This document shows positions 14,121-25,199 of a stretch of DNA of 64,000 nucleotides, one piece after another; within the stretch, counting starts at the first letter, position 1, and every line of letters starts with the position of its first letter. The stretch comes from Macrostomum lignano (taxonomy: Eukaryota), in NCBI GenBank assembly GCA_002269645.1, contig NIVC01002878.1, positions 68,313 through 132,312 on the forward strand. Direction: 5' to 3'. A program made the translations under genes and the position numbers. The notes beneath the pieces are model-generated. The model searched no databases. It saw only the letters and a list, made by a program, of their open reading frames with translations, and was not told the DNA's origin.

Positions 14121-14291
14121 ATATTGGCCTCGATTGGATTGATTGATTGACAGACGATAGATTGATAGAGACTCAAAACAGCACCAATGATTTCTGGGTC
14201 CGCGATCTGATTGATGAATTCATTTTTTTTGTTCAACTCTTAGGAATTTCGTTGGTTTTGTTTCTTTTTAGACTAATAATAATTGATTTCA

Positions 14292-14495
14292 CCTGCCCTA
14301 ATGGGCTGATGTGACAGCTCAGCCGCAGCTATTGGCAAGGACTGGGGGGTCGCCACACACAGCCTCAATTACCCCAGCTAATGCTGGCACCCATTTTACA
14401 GCTGGGTGAACTGAAGCAATGCAGAGTTCAAGTGTCTTGCTCTCAAGGACACAGATTGTTCCGAGTGGGTCAAGAATCGAACCCCCGACCTTTCA
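14292..14495 (-). mobile_element. CORE-like tRNA-derived SINE fragment downstream of the kinase stop (probable 3' UTR)
   Basis: The minus strand reads B-box GGTTCGATTC, then GTGTCCTTGAG..CAAGACACTTGAACT...CAGTTCACCCAGCTGTAAAATGGG, resembling the MIR/CORE domain. Confidence 0.65.
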
Positions 14496-15694
14496 GGATA
14501 AATGTTTAGATCCATAAAAGTGCTTTATAATATTCAACTTTCTTAAACTATTGTATAACTGTTCAAGTCTATAACTTGTGTAAACAGCTGAACATATTGA
14601 ATACTGGCGTCGTGAATTGCAGATTGCAAACTATTATTTATCACCCATTGCACTTGCATCAGCACCAAAGCAGCCTTGAGTCAATCGATAAATGATTAAT
14701 AATTTTCTTTTCTAATTATAGGCCATCTTTGTGTATATATAATATCATTTTGAATATGAATTCTGCAACTATAACAAATGCAATTAACAATTCGTGCAAA
14801 TATTGGAATATGCAATCAAACAATATAATTTCTCAGTCACAATTTTCTTCTATTGAGCTTTTCTGTTTATCAGATTGTTTATTGTTTAATCTGGCTTCTA
14901 AATAGTGAAACTTGATAAATAAACGAAATGCGTTTTTTGTTTCTTTTTCTAAATTTTTGCCTTCATAACAAAAATTTGCGCCAAAGATTTGTTGTTGAAT
15001 TTGTTGTTTTCTGTCTCCCTGTTCGAATTTTGGCCTGCATGTTTTGTTATAATTTGTGTAAGTTTTATAATCTGTAATTTATTGAAGGTTGTCACCCGTT
15101 AGATTGTTCATGAATGGCAGTTTACCAAATTTCTATGGTCAAAATATTCTTTATTCAATGTACTTATGCCAGGTATGTAAGTTTGCTGTGCCCCCCCCCC
15201 CTACCTCAAATAATCTTTGCTTCAATTATAATCTTATAATCAATTTTCAATCCCTTAGTTAACAAGCGGTTTATTTGGTTGTAAATTTTACCGAAATTTG
15301 CTTATAGCCTACTGACTATATTCAAGTAGTATCGTAGCCTTTTCTCCCTCAAATGTACTTACAAATAAAAAAGTACCATATGATTTTTGCCTATGTATCA
15401 CTTAAACCCTATGCAGATTATTTTAGTATTTATTTACAAATATATGTTGCAAAATAAACGTATCTAACATTGCGTACAGATCTCTGACTGACCTGTTCTA
15501 AAAATATAAATTGAAACAAACTGTAATCCATTTAAACCGACTTTATTTTTATTTTTTATTTAAATAATAATACACAAAAGACTTACAACCATTGTCTGTA
15601 AAATATTGTATAAGCATGAGATAACGGCATTGTGTAGTACTGTACCGTCTTTGTAGCCTTACTTAATCGATATTGACAGCATTGAGGTGTGGTC

Positions 15695-18600
15695 TTATGC
15701 TCGCTTGTCTTGGCGTGCCTGCGAAAAGCAGAAGTTTATTGATTCTCGGTGTGAGTTCATAACTCGATGTGGGATCAAAACCCTGCAAAATCTGATCTCA
15801 AATTGATCAAAACCCTGCAAAATCTCATCTCAAATCGATGGAAGTCCTTCAAAATATGATCTCAAATTGATCAAAACCCTGCAAAATCTCATCTCAAATC
15901 GATGGAAGTCCTTCAAAATCTGATCTCAAATTGATCAAAACCCTGCAAAATCTCATCTCAAATCGATGGAAGTCCTTCAAAATCTGATCTCAAATTGATC
16001 AAAATCCTGCAAAATCTCATCTCAAATCGATGGAAGTCCTTCAAAATCTGATCTCAAATTGATCAAAATCTCATCTCAAATTGATCAAAATCCTGCAAAA
16101 TCTCATCTCAAATCGATGGAAGTCCTTCAAAATATGATCTCAAATTGATCAAAATCTCATCTCAAATCAAACAGAATCCTACAAAATCTCATCTCTAATC
16201 GATCAAAATCTTACAAACTTTCATCTCAAATCAATCAAAACCCTACAAAATCTCACCTCAAATCGATCAAAATCCTACAAAATCTCATCTCAAATCGATC
16301 AAAATCCTACAAAATCTCATCTCAAATTGATCAAAGTCCTACAAAATCTCTTCACAAATCGATCAAAATCTTACAAAATCTCATTTCAGAACGATTAGAA
16401 TGCTAAAAAATCTCATCTTAAATCGATCAGAATCGTACAAAATGTCATCTCAAATCGATCAAAATATTTCAAAATCTCATCTCAAATCCATCAAAATCTT
16501 CCAAAATCTCATCTTAAATCGATCAAACTCTTACAAAATCTCATCTCAAATCGATCAAAATCTTTCAAAATCTCATCTCAAATCGATCAAAATCTTACAA
16601 AATCTCATCGCAAATTAATCAAAATCCTACAAAATCTTATCCCAAACTGATCAAGTTGGCTCACCTCCAGCGACCTCTGCCACTCGACCCTGTAGTAGCT
16701 CCACCGCGGCTTGTCGTGGATGTTGCAGAGCTGCAGGCAGCGCACTGGTTGCTGGCCAAACTGGCTGTACATCAGCGGCATCCACAGATCGTCTTGGATT
16801 TTCAGGCCTCCTGGGAATTTCGAGTTTTTATGTCATCTGTTAGATTTTGGTTGACACCTGTTACATTTTAGTTGTCACATGTTAGATTTTGATTGTCACC
16901 TGTTAGATTTTGATTGTCAAATGTTAGATTTTGGTTGTCATCTGTTAGATTTTGGTTGTCACCTGTTAGATTTTTTATTGTCACCTGTTAATTTTGGTTT
17001 TCACCTGTTGGATTTTGGTTGTCACCTGTTAGATTTTAGTTGACACCTGTTAGATTTTTTATTGTCACCTGTTAATTTTGGTTTTCACCTGTTAGATTTT
17101 GGTTGTTACCTGTTAGATTTTAGTTGTTACCTGTTAGATTTTGATTTCACCTGTTAGATTTTGATTGTCACCTATTAAATTTTGATTGCCACCTGTTAAA
17201 TTTTGGTTGTCACCTGTTAGATTTTAGTCGTCACCTGTTAGATTTTAGTCGTCACCTATTAAATTTTAGTCGTCACCTATTAGATTTTAGTCGTCACCTA
17301 TTAGATTTTAGTCGTCACCTATTAGATTTTAGTCGTCACCTATTAGATTTTAGTCGTCACCTATTAGATTTTAGTCGTCACCTATTAGATTTTAGTCGTC
17401 ACCTGTTAGATTTTAGTCGTCACCTGTTAGATTTTAGTCGTCACCTATTAGATTTTAGTCGTCACCTATTAGATTTTGGTGGTATCTGTTAGATTAGGGG
17501 GGCCGTAGCCCAGCGGTAGCGCAGCTGCTCTGGTGTGCCAGCGACCCAGGCTCGATTCCAATTGCAGTCACATTAATTTGGGGCTGAATTGGAATCTCGG
17601 CTTGGCTCTGCTCGTGCAATTAACGGCCTTGAGAGCCAACCCCCCCAAGGCGCAGTGAAGTGTACATGCCAAACGATAATATAAAGTTAGGGCCGCTGTA
17701 CACTCCTGTGTGAGTGTGTGCCTGCGTACGTATCCGCGCGCTTGTATGCCTGCTCAGGGGAGTCGGCGGAATGGGCAGTAATGCCTCTCGCCGGTTGTGT
17801 GCCTATGTCGCTTAAAGTGCGCCAGGGTGCACACAACCCCCCTGCGTCTAATAATAATAAATAATCTGTTAGATTTTGGTGGTATCTGTTAGATTTTGGT
17901 GGTATCTGTTAGATTTTGGTGGTATCTGTTAGATTTTGGTGGTATCTGTTAGATTTTGTGGGTACCTGTTAGATTTTGGTTGTCAGCTGTTAGATTTTGG
18001 TGGTATCTGTTAGATTTTGGTGGTATCTGTTAGATTTTGTGGGTACCTGTTAGATTTTGGTTGTCAGCTGTTAGATTTTGGTGGTATCTGTTAGATTTTG
18101 GTGGTATCTGTTAGATTTTGTGGGTACCTGTTAGATTTTGGTTGTCAGCTGTTAGATTTTGGTGGTATCTGTTAGATTTTGGTGGTATCTGTTAGATTTT
18201 GTGGGTACCTGTTAGATTTTGGTTGTCAGCTGTTAGATTTTGGTGGTATCTGTTAGATTTTGTGGGCACCAGTTAGTCTCAGCTGTAAACCTGAGCCCAA
18301 ATCCTCAGCCCTATGCACTCACTCGCAACCTGATCTTCGTTATACTTGAACACCGTGATCTGGCCAACGAAGCTTTTCTGCGGCAGCACGTAGACTCCGG
18401 ACGCCATCAGGGCGCTACGAATTGTGGCTGAAATATGAAAGTGATAATTATATAACAGGTACCTAATTAGATAATTATATAACAGGTAGCTCCAATGTTT
18501 AATTATAATGATCGATACTAACTAGACACATCTTTGAGAGTTCGCAGAGCGTCATCGTTGAACACCTGCATGTACAGTTCCGTCTCGTTCAGCAGTCCGA

Positions 18601-19393
18601 GTCCTTGGAAGGTCAGCACGAGGCCGTCTTGTACTAAACGGCTGATTTTGTCGTGGTAGAGATCGAGGATGTGCTTCACCCTGAGGAGCAACACACGAAT
18701 GACATCAGACGCAATAGAGAGGCGTTTTTTTGAGGTCTGAGCTTCAGGGGCGATTTTGGTTCAGGTTGGAGCTTCAGGGGCGATTTTGGTTCAGGTTGGA
18801 GCTTCAGGGGCGATTTTGGTTCAGGTTGGAGCTTCAGGGGCGATTTTGGTTCAGGTTGGAGCTTCAGGAGCGATTTTGGTTCAGGTTGGAGCTTCAGGGG
18901 CGATTTTGGTTCAGGTTGGAGCTTCAGGGATGATTTTGGTTCAGGTTGGAGCTTCAGGAGCGATTTTGGTTCAGGTTGGAGCTTCAGGAGCGATTTTGGT
19001 TCAGGTTGGAGCTTCAGGGGCGATTTTGGTTCAGGTTGAAGCTTCAGGGGCGATTTTGGTTCAGGTTGGAGCTTCAGGGGTGATTACATGTACATGTATT
19101 TCGACGTTACTGATCTATCAAATATTGAAGCGATCAACGTAGTCACAAGATGTTTAGGAAGTGACCATGAATTAAAATTACTTTTCCATCTCCTCGTCAG
19201 TTCGAATGCACAGATTTGCTACGAGCAGGTGAGTTGAGTACAGATCCACCATGGCTTTGCGCAGATCGTGTTTCTGATAGAACGCATTGGTGTAGATTGT
19301 CTCCTGCAGTTTGCGCATCGCGTCCACAATCTGCAGTTTCGTGGGATCGAATAATTGTTTTTTTGGCAGATTGTTTGATAGACCTTGTACTGT
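15695..19393 (-). CDS. AKAP7-like 2H phosphoesterase (2'-5' RNA ligase-like) domain protein, 5'-incomplete (exons ~19393-19182, 18680-18523, 18427-18323, 16810-16665, 15718-15695)
   Basis: Absent from the ORF track. Five phase-consistent GT-AG exons give ...[15 protein letters not shown]...[10 protein letters not shown]...LVLTFQGLG...[10 protein letters not shown]...[14 protein letters not shown]...SYY. From recall this aligns with the AKAP7 central domain (FHITLLVMQL, LPFQGIG, SFKPHLTFMK, FGEE..IDLCSM). The 5' acceptor position is uncertain. Confidence 0.75.
15772..16650. repeat. Intronic minisatellite, ~32-bp unit AAAATCTCATCTCAAATCGATCAAAATCCTAC with longer composite units
   Basis: Tandem degenerate copies fill the last intron of the AKAP7-like gene. 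Confidence 0.9.
16828..18265. repeat. Intronic minisatellite, 20-21-bp unit CACCTGTTAGATTTTGGTTGT and variants, interrupted by a SINE
   Basis: Tandem array visible, with variant subdomains (AGTCGTCAC, GGTGGTAT). Confidence 0.95.
17496..17863 (+). mobile_element. tRNA-derived SINE (~368 bp)
   Basis: A-box TAGCCCAGCGG, B-box GGCTCGATTCC, (AAT)n tail, flanked by ATCTGTTAGATT on both sides. The TSD is confounded with the array unit. Confidence 0.75.
18731..19085. repeat. Intronic minisatellite, 30-bp unit GGGGCGATTTTGGTTCAGGTTGGAGCTTCA
   Basis: About 12 near-perfect copies. Confidence 0.95.
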
Positions 19394-19420
19394 CTGACTT
19401 AGCTATGCATGTCTGTGAGT

Positions 19421-19540
19421 CTTCTATAGTGTAATATCTGTGACAGTCTACAGAATAACATCTCTATAGTGTAATATCTGTGACAGTCTACAGAATAACA
19501 TCTCTATAGTGTAATATCAGTGACAGTCTATAGAATAACA
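19421..19540. repeat. 40-bp satellite, left segment (ATCTCTATAGTGTAATATCTGTGACAGTCTACAGAATAAC)
   Basis: Three units, continuous with 25200 once the Helitrons are removed. Confidence 0.9.
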
Positions 19541-22449
19541 CTAGCAATCTACGCCCCCCGTTGGGGAGCCAGAGAAATGCAATACACGTTTTTTTAATAA
19601 GCTACATGTATCCTTGAAATCTTAAAAAATCTCCTGTCAAACCTTGTAAGCCTTGACATGTCAGTAATTCCCCCCACAAGCTTTAACATATCAACTTCCC
19701 CCCTTGACATCTCAGCAATGCCTCCAATAAGCCTTGGAAATCTAAAAATATCTGTCAACCTTCTAACCCTAACCCTAGCCTAACCCTAACCCTAACCTAA
19801 CCCTAAAGCATTGAAATTTCAGTAATTCTCTCTAAGAGTCATTATAGCACTACTACAGCATTATAGCGATTCCCTGCAAGCCTCGACATCGTAGGAATTC
19901 CCAAATGAATCTCTTAACTTCAACATGAAGCTTCTTTTATTTTTTACATTACGCTTTTTTAATTAGCGATCCCTCCCCTGAGGAGGCATCAAATAATGTA
20001 ATAAAAAGTTTTCAATAAACTACATGTAGCTTCTGACTTTAGCCTTGAAATCTCATTTATACCCCAGTGAGCCTTGACATCTCAGCTATTCCCCCCGTAA
20101 GCCTTGACATGTCAGCGATGGCCCCCCATAAACCTTGAAATCTAAAAAATCCCGTTAACCTTGAAACCCGATAAAATATAACCCTCAACCAACACCTTAC
20201 CTAAACCTAACTTTAACCCAACCTAAAGCCTTGAAATCTCAGCAATTCTTCTCCCCTAAGCCTTGACATTTTAGTGATTCCTTCTTTAAGAATCACAGCA
20301 CTATAACGATTTCCACCAAGCTTTGACATCGTAGCAACTCCCAAATGAATCTTTTAACTTCGACATGACTTTTCTATTATGTATACATAGTGCTACTTTT
20401 ATTTTTTACATGACTCTTCTTCTATCAGCGCCCCCCCCCCGTGGCGAGCCAACAAAGAATGCAATAAAAAATTGAGTAAAGTACATTAACTTTGAATTAG
20501 CTTCTGACTTTTGCTTTGACATCTCAGAACCCCACCCCCCGTAATCTCAGTTATTCTCCGTGAGCCTTTACGTCTCAGTTTTTCTCCCCAGCACAGCATT
20601 ATAGCTGCATTTATTTTTACATGACACCCTTCATGTCTGACATGACGCTTCTTTTATTCTACCATGATGCTTCTTAATTTTTTAAATGACACTTTTATTA
20701 GTTTTTACATGACGCTTCTATGATTTTTTACATGACGCTTCTATGATTATTTACATGACGCTTCTATGATTTTTTTACATGACGCTTCTATGATTGTTTA
20801 CATGACGCTTCTCTGATTTTTACATGACGCTTCTATGATTTTTTACATGACGCTTCTATGATTGTTTACGTGACGCTTCTATGATTTTTACATGACGCTT
20901 CTATGATTTTTTACATGACGCTTCTATGATTGTTTACATGACGCTTCTATGATTGTTTACATGACGCTTCTATGATTTTTTTACATGACGCTTTTATGAT
21001 GTTTTAGATGACGCTTCTATGATTTTTTACATGACGCTTCTATGATTGTTTACATGACGCTTCTATGATTTTTTAAATGACGCTTCTATGATTTTTACAT
21101 GACGCTTCCATGATTGTTTACATGACGCTTCTATGATTGTTTACATGACGCTTCTATGATTTTTATATGACGCTTCTACGATTTTTTACATGACGCTTCT
21201 ATGATTGTTTACATGACGCTTCTATGATTTTTTATATGACGCTTCTATGATTTTTACATGACGCTTCCATGATTGTTTACATGACGCTTCTATGATTTGT
21301 TTACATGACGCTTCTATGATTTTTATATGACGCTTCTATGATTGTTTACATGACGCTTCTATGATTGTTTACATGACGCTTCTACGATTTTTTACATGAC
21401 GCTTCTATGATTGTTTACATGACGCTTCTATGATTGTTTACATGACGCCTCTATGATTGTTTACATGACGCTTCTATGATTTTTTACATGACGCTTCTAT
21501 GATTTTTACATGACGCTTCTATGATTGTTTACACGACGCTTCTATGATTTTTACATAACGCTTCTACGATATTTTACAAGACGCTTCTCTGATTGTTTAC
21601 ATGACGCTTCTATGATTTTTTACATGACGCTTCTATGCTTTTTATATGACGCTTCTACGATTTTTTACATGACGCTTCTATGATTGTTTACATGACGCTT
21701 CTATGATTTTTTAAATGACACTTCTATGATTTTTATATGACACTTCTATGATTGTTTACATGACGCTTCTCTGATTGTTTACATGACGCTTCTATGATTG
21801 TTTACATGACGCTTCTATGATTTTTTAAATGACGCTTCTATGATTTTTACATGACGCTTCCTTTTAAAAAGTCTTTTAGTTTTCCTGACGTTGAAAAGCT
21901 TTAATTAAAAAAATTATACTCTATGAAAATTCGAATCATCGTCGCTGCATTTAGCAGTTCAGTTTGTTCACCTCTAGGCTAGCTCTCATCGTTTTGATAA
22001 CATCAAATTTTTCACTTATTTAATTCAACACTTTAAAATCCAAGCATAGAGTAAATCACACGAAGCAGTTATGACATAATCAGTTTCTCAGTCAAAACAA
22101 AATTTTCATTTTTAGTATATAGGATATGGTTACGCAATTTAAATCAAGTCTGGTGCTACGCTTCCACACTGCATTTTCAATTCAAGTCGGAGTTACAATT
22201 CAGTTATGATGCAATCTATTTCAGAATCAGAATTCAACCAGTCAGTTTTTTCTCTAGCATTCTTACAATGCATTTCAAGTCGAAAAGTTTGCTTGACCTT
22301 TGCAAAAAAGTATGTTTTTCGAATATTTAATGCCTTTAGCATCGAGCAATTTCTTAGCCACGATGCATGTACCGTCACGGGAAAATTTCTGATCGAACAG
22401 TGCAAGTTCGAACAAAATCGGTCCAGCCATTTTTTCTCTAATCGATCAC

Positions 22450-22482
<33 letters not shown>

Positions 22483-22511
22483 CACAGACAGACCATTTTT
22501 AGTATATAGGA
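19541..22511 (-). mobile_element. Non-autonomous Helitron, copy A
   Basis: Minus strand has 5' TCCTATATACTAAAA and 3' hairpin CCCCAACGGGGGG followed by CGTAGATTGCTAG. The pair sits between A and T with no TSD. GGCTGGACCGATTTT motif and a (GATA)n tract lie near the 5' end. Confidence 0.85.
20690..21860. repeat. ~23-bp minisatellite ACATGACGCTTCTATGATTGTTT inside Helitron A (shorter array at ~24130-24590 in copy B)
   Basis: Tandem copies visible in both Helitron copies. Confidence 0.95.
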
Positions 22512-25199
22512 CTAGCAATCTACGCCCCCCGTTGGGGAGCCAAAGAAATGCAATACACGTATTTTTAATAAGCTACATGTAGCCTTGAAATCTTAAAAAA
22601 TCTCCTGTCAAAATTCTAACCCTAACCAAAACCCTAAATTCAATATTTTGTCCATGAGTTTTTGCATGATCGATGCTTCTATGATTTTTGGCATGACGCT
22701 TCCATTGTTTTTGCATGACGCTTCCATTATTTTTGCATGATGCTTCCATGATAAACATTTTTAATAAGCTAAATGAGCCAAGTTATAAGCTACCCTAACC
22801 CTAACCCTAACCCGAATCTTAACGCAATAACCCTGAACCTAACCCTAAACCTAAACCCTAATACCAACCCTAACACTAACCCTACAGCCTGACATCTGCA
22901 TAAGTTTGTGAAGAGCTAGTAGTATTTTTTAGCTTAGTCTTAGCGTTAGGGAGCCAAAAATACAGTACAAGTTTTGTAATAAACTACATGTAGCATCTCT
23001 TTGCAATATACCTCAGAAGTCCCTTGTAAGCCTTGAAATGTCAGTAATCCCCCCCACAAGCTTTAACAAATCAACTCCCCCCTTGACATCTCAGCGATGC
23101 CCCAAATAAGCCTTGAAGTCTAAAAAAATCTGTCAACCTTCTAACCCTAACCCTAGCCTAACCCTAACCCTAACCCTAGCCTAACCCTAACCCTAACCCT
23201 AACCTAACCCTAAAGCATTGAAATTTCAGTAATTCTGAGTCATTATAGCACTACTACAGCATTATAGCGATTCCCTGCAAGCCTCGACATCGTAGGGATT
23301 CCCAAATGAATCTCTTCGCTTCGACATGAAGCTTCTTTTATTTTTTACATTATGCTTTTTCTATCAGTGAGCCCTGAGGAGCCAACAAAAAATGTAATAA
23401 AAAGTTTTCAATAAACTACATGTAGCTTCTGACTTTAGCCTTGAAATCTCATTTATACCCCCGTGAGCCTTGACATCTCAGCTATTCACCCCCGTAAGCC
23501 TTGACATGTCAGCGATGCCCCCCATAAATCTTGAAATCTAAAAAAATCCCCTGTTAACCTTGAAACCCGATAAAATATAACCCTCAACCCACACCTGACC
23601 TAAACCTAACTTTAACCCAACCTAAAGCCTTGAAATCTCAGCAATTCTTCTCCCCCAAGCCTTGGCATTTTAGTGTTTCCTTCTTTAAGAATCACCAGCA
23701 CTATAACGATTTCCACCAAGCTTGGACATCGTAGCAATTCCCAAATGAATCTTTTAACTTCGACATGACTTTTCTTATATGTATACATAGTGCTACTTTT
23801 ATTTTTTACATGACTCTGCTTCTATCAGCGCCCCCCCTGTGGCGAGCCAACAATGAATGTAATAAAAATTGAGTAAAGTACATGAACTTTGAAGTAGCTT
23901 CTGACTTTTGCTTTGACATCTCAGAAACCCCCCCCCCACCTGTAATCTCAGTTATTCTCTGTGAGCCTTGACGTCTCAGTAATTCTCCCCAGCACAGCAC
24001 TGTACTATAGCTTCATTTAATTTTTATATGACACCTTTCATGTCTGACATGGCGCTTCTTTTGATTTTTACATGACGCTTCTTTTATTCTTCCATTATTC
24101 TTCTTAATTTTTTAAATGACACTTTCATTAGTTTTTATATGAGGCTTCTATGATTGTTTGCATGACGCTTCTATGATTTTACCATGACGCTTCTATTATT
24201 GTTTGCATGACGCTTCTATGATTGTTTACATGACGCTTCTATGATTTTTTCATGACGCTTTTATGATTTTTTACATGACGCTTTTATGATTTTTTACATG
24301 ACGCTTCTATGATTGTTAACATGACGCTTCTATGATTGTTTACATGACGCTTCTATGATTTTTTACATGACGCTTCTATGATTGTTTACATGACGCTTCT
24401 ATGATTGTTTACATGACGCTTCTATGATTGTTTGCATGACGCTTCTATGATTGTTTACATGACGCTTCTATGATTTTTTACATGACGCTTCTATGCTTTT
24501 TACATGATGCTTCCACGATTTTTTACATGACACTTCCACGATTCTTTACATGACGCTTCTATGATTTTTTACATGACGCTTTTATGATTTTTTTAGTTTT
24601 CTTGGCGTTAAAGAGCTTTAATTAAAAAAACTCTACTCTCTAAAAATTCGAACCATCGTTTCTGCATTTAGCAGTTCAGTCTGTTTACCTCTAGGCTAGC
24701 TCTCATCGTTTTGATAACATGAATTCAGCACTTATAATTATAAGTTTCAAAACTCCAAGCATAGAGTAAATCACACGAGGCAGTTATTACATAATCAATT
24801 TCTCAGTCAGTCAGTATCAGTTAACAATATTGTTGCGCAATCTAAATCAAGTCTGGTGCTACGCTTCCACACTGCATTTTCAATACTGTGACGCAATTCA
24901 AGTCGGAGTTACAATTCAGTTATGATGTAATCCATTTCAGAATCAGAATTCAACCAGTCAGTTTTTTCTCTAGCATTCTTACAATGCATTTCAAGTCGAA
25001 AAGTTTGCTTGACCTTTGCAAAAAAGCATGTTTTTCGAATATTTAATCGCTTTAACATGGAGCAATTTCTTAGCCAAGATGCATGTACCGTCCCAGGAAA
25101 ATTTCTGATCGAACAGTGCAAGTTCGAAGAAAATCGGTCCAGCCATTTTTTCTCTAATCGATTGCGTACAAACAAACAACTCATTTTTAGTATATAGGA
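22512..25199 (-). mobile_element. Non-autonomous Helitron, copy B, head-to-tail with copy A
   Basis: Same termini. The junction reads CTAG|TCC on the minus strand at 22512/22511. Removing both copies restores AGAATAACA|TCTCTATAG of the satellite. Confidence 0.85.

Noticed and set aside
17497-17570. tRNA gene
   Set aside because: A/B boxes are present, but they are followed by ~290 bp of body, an (AAT)n tail and flanking duplication, so this is a SINE.
19763-19806. Telomere or healed chromosome end
   Set aside because: Short, imperfect, embedded in and duplicated with the Helitron.
22193-25197. Conserved ORFs (MHCSIRNF...) near both Helitron 5' ends
   Set aside because: Shared only because the copies are duplicates. 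They overlap the non-coding GGACCGATTTT terminal motif and have no Rep/helicase motifs.
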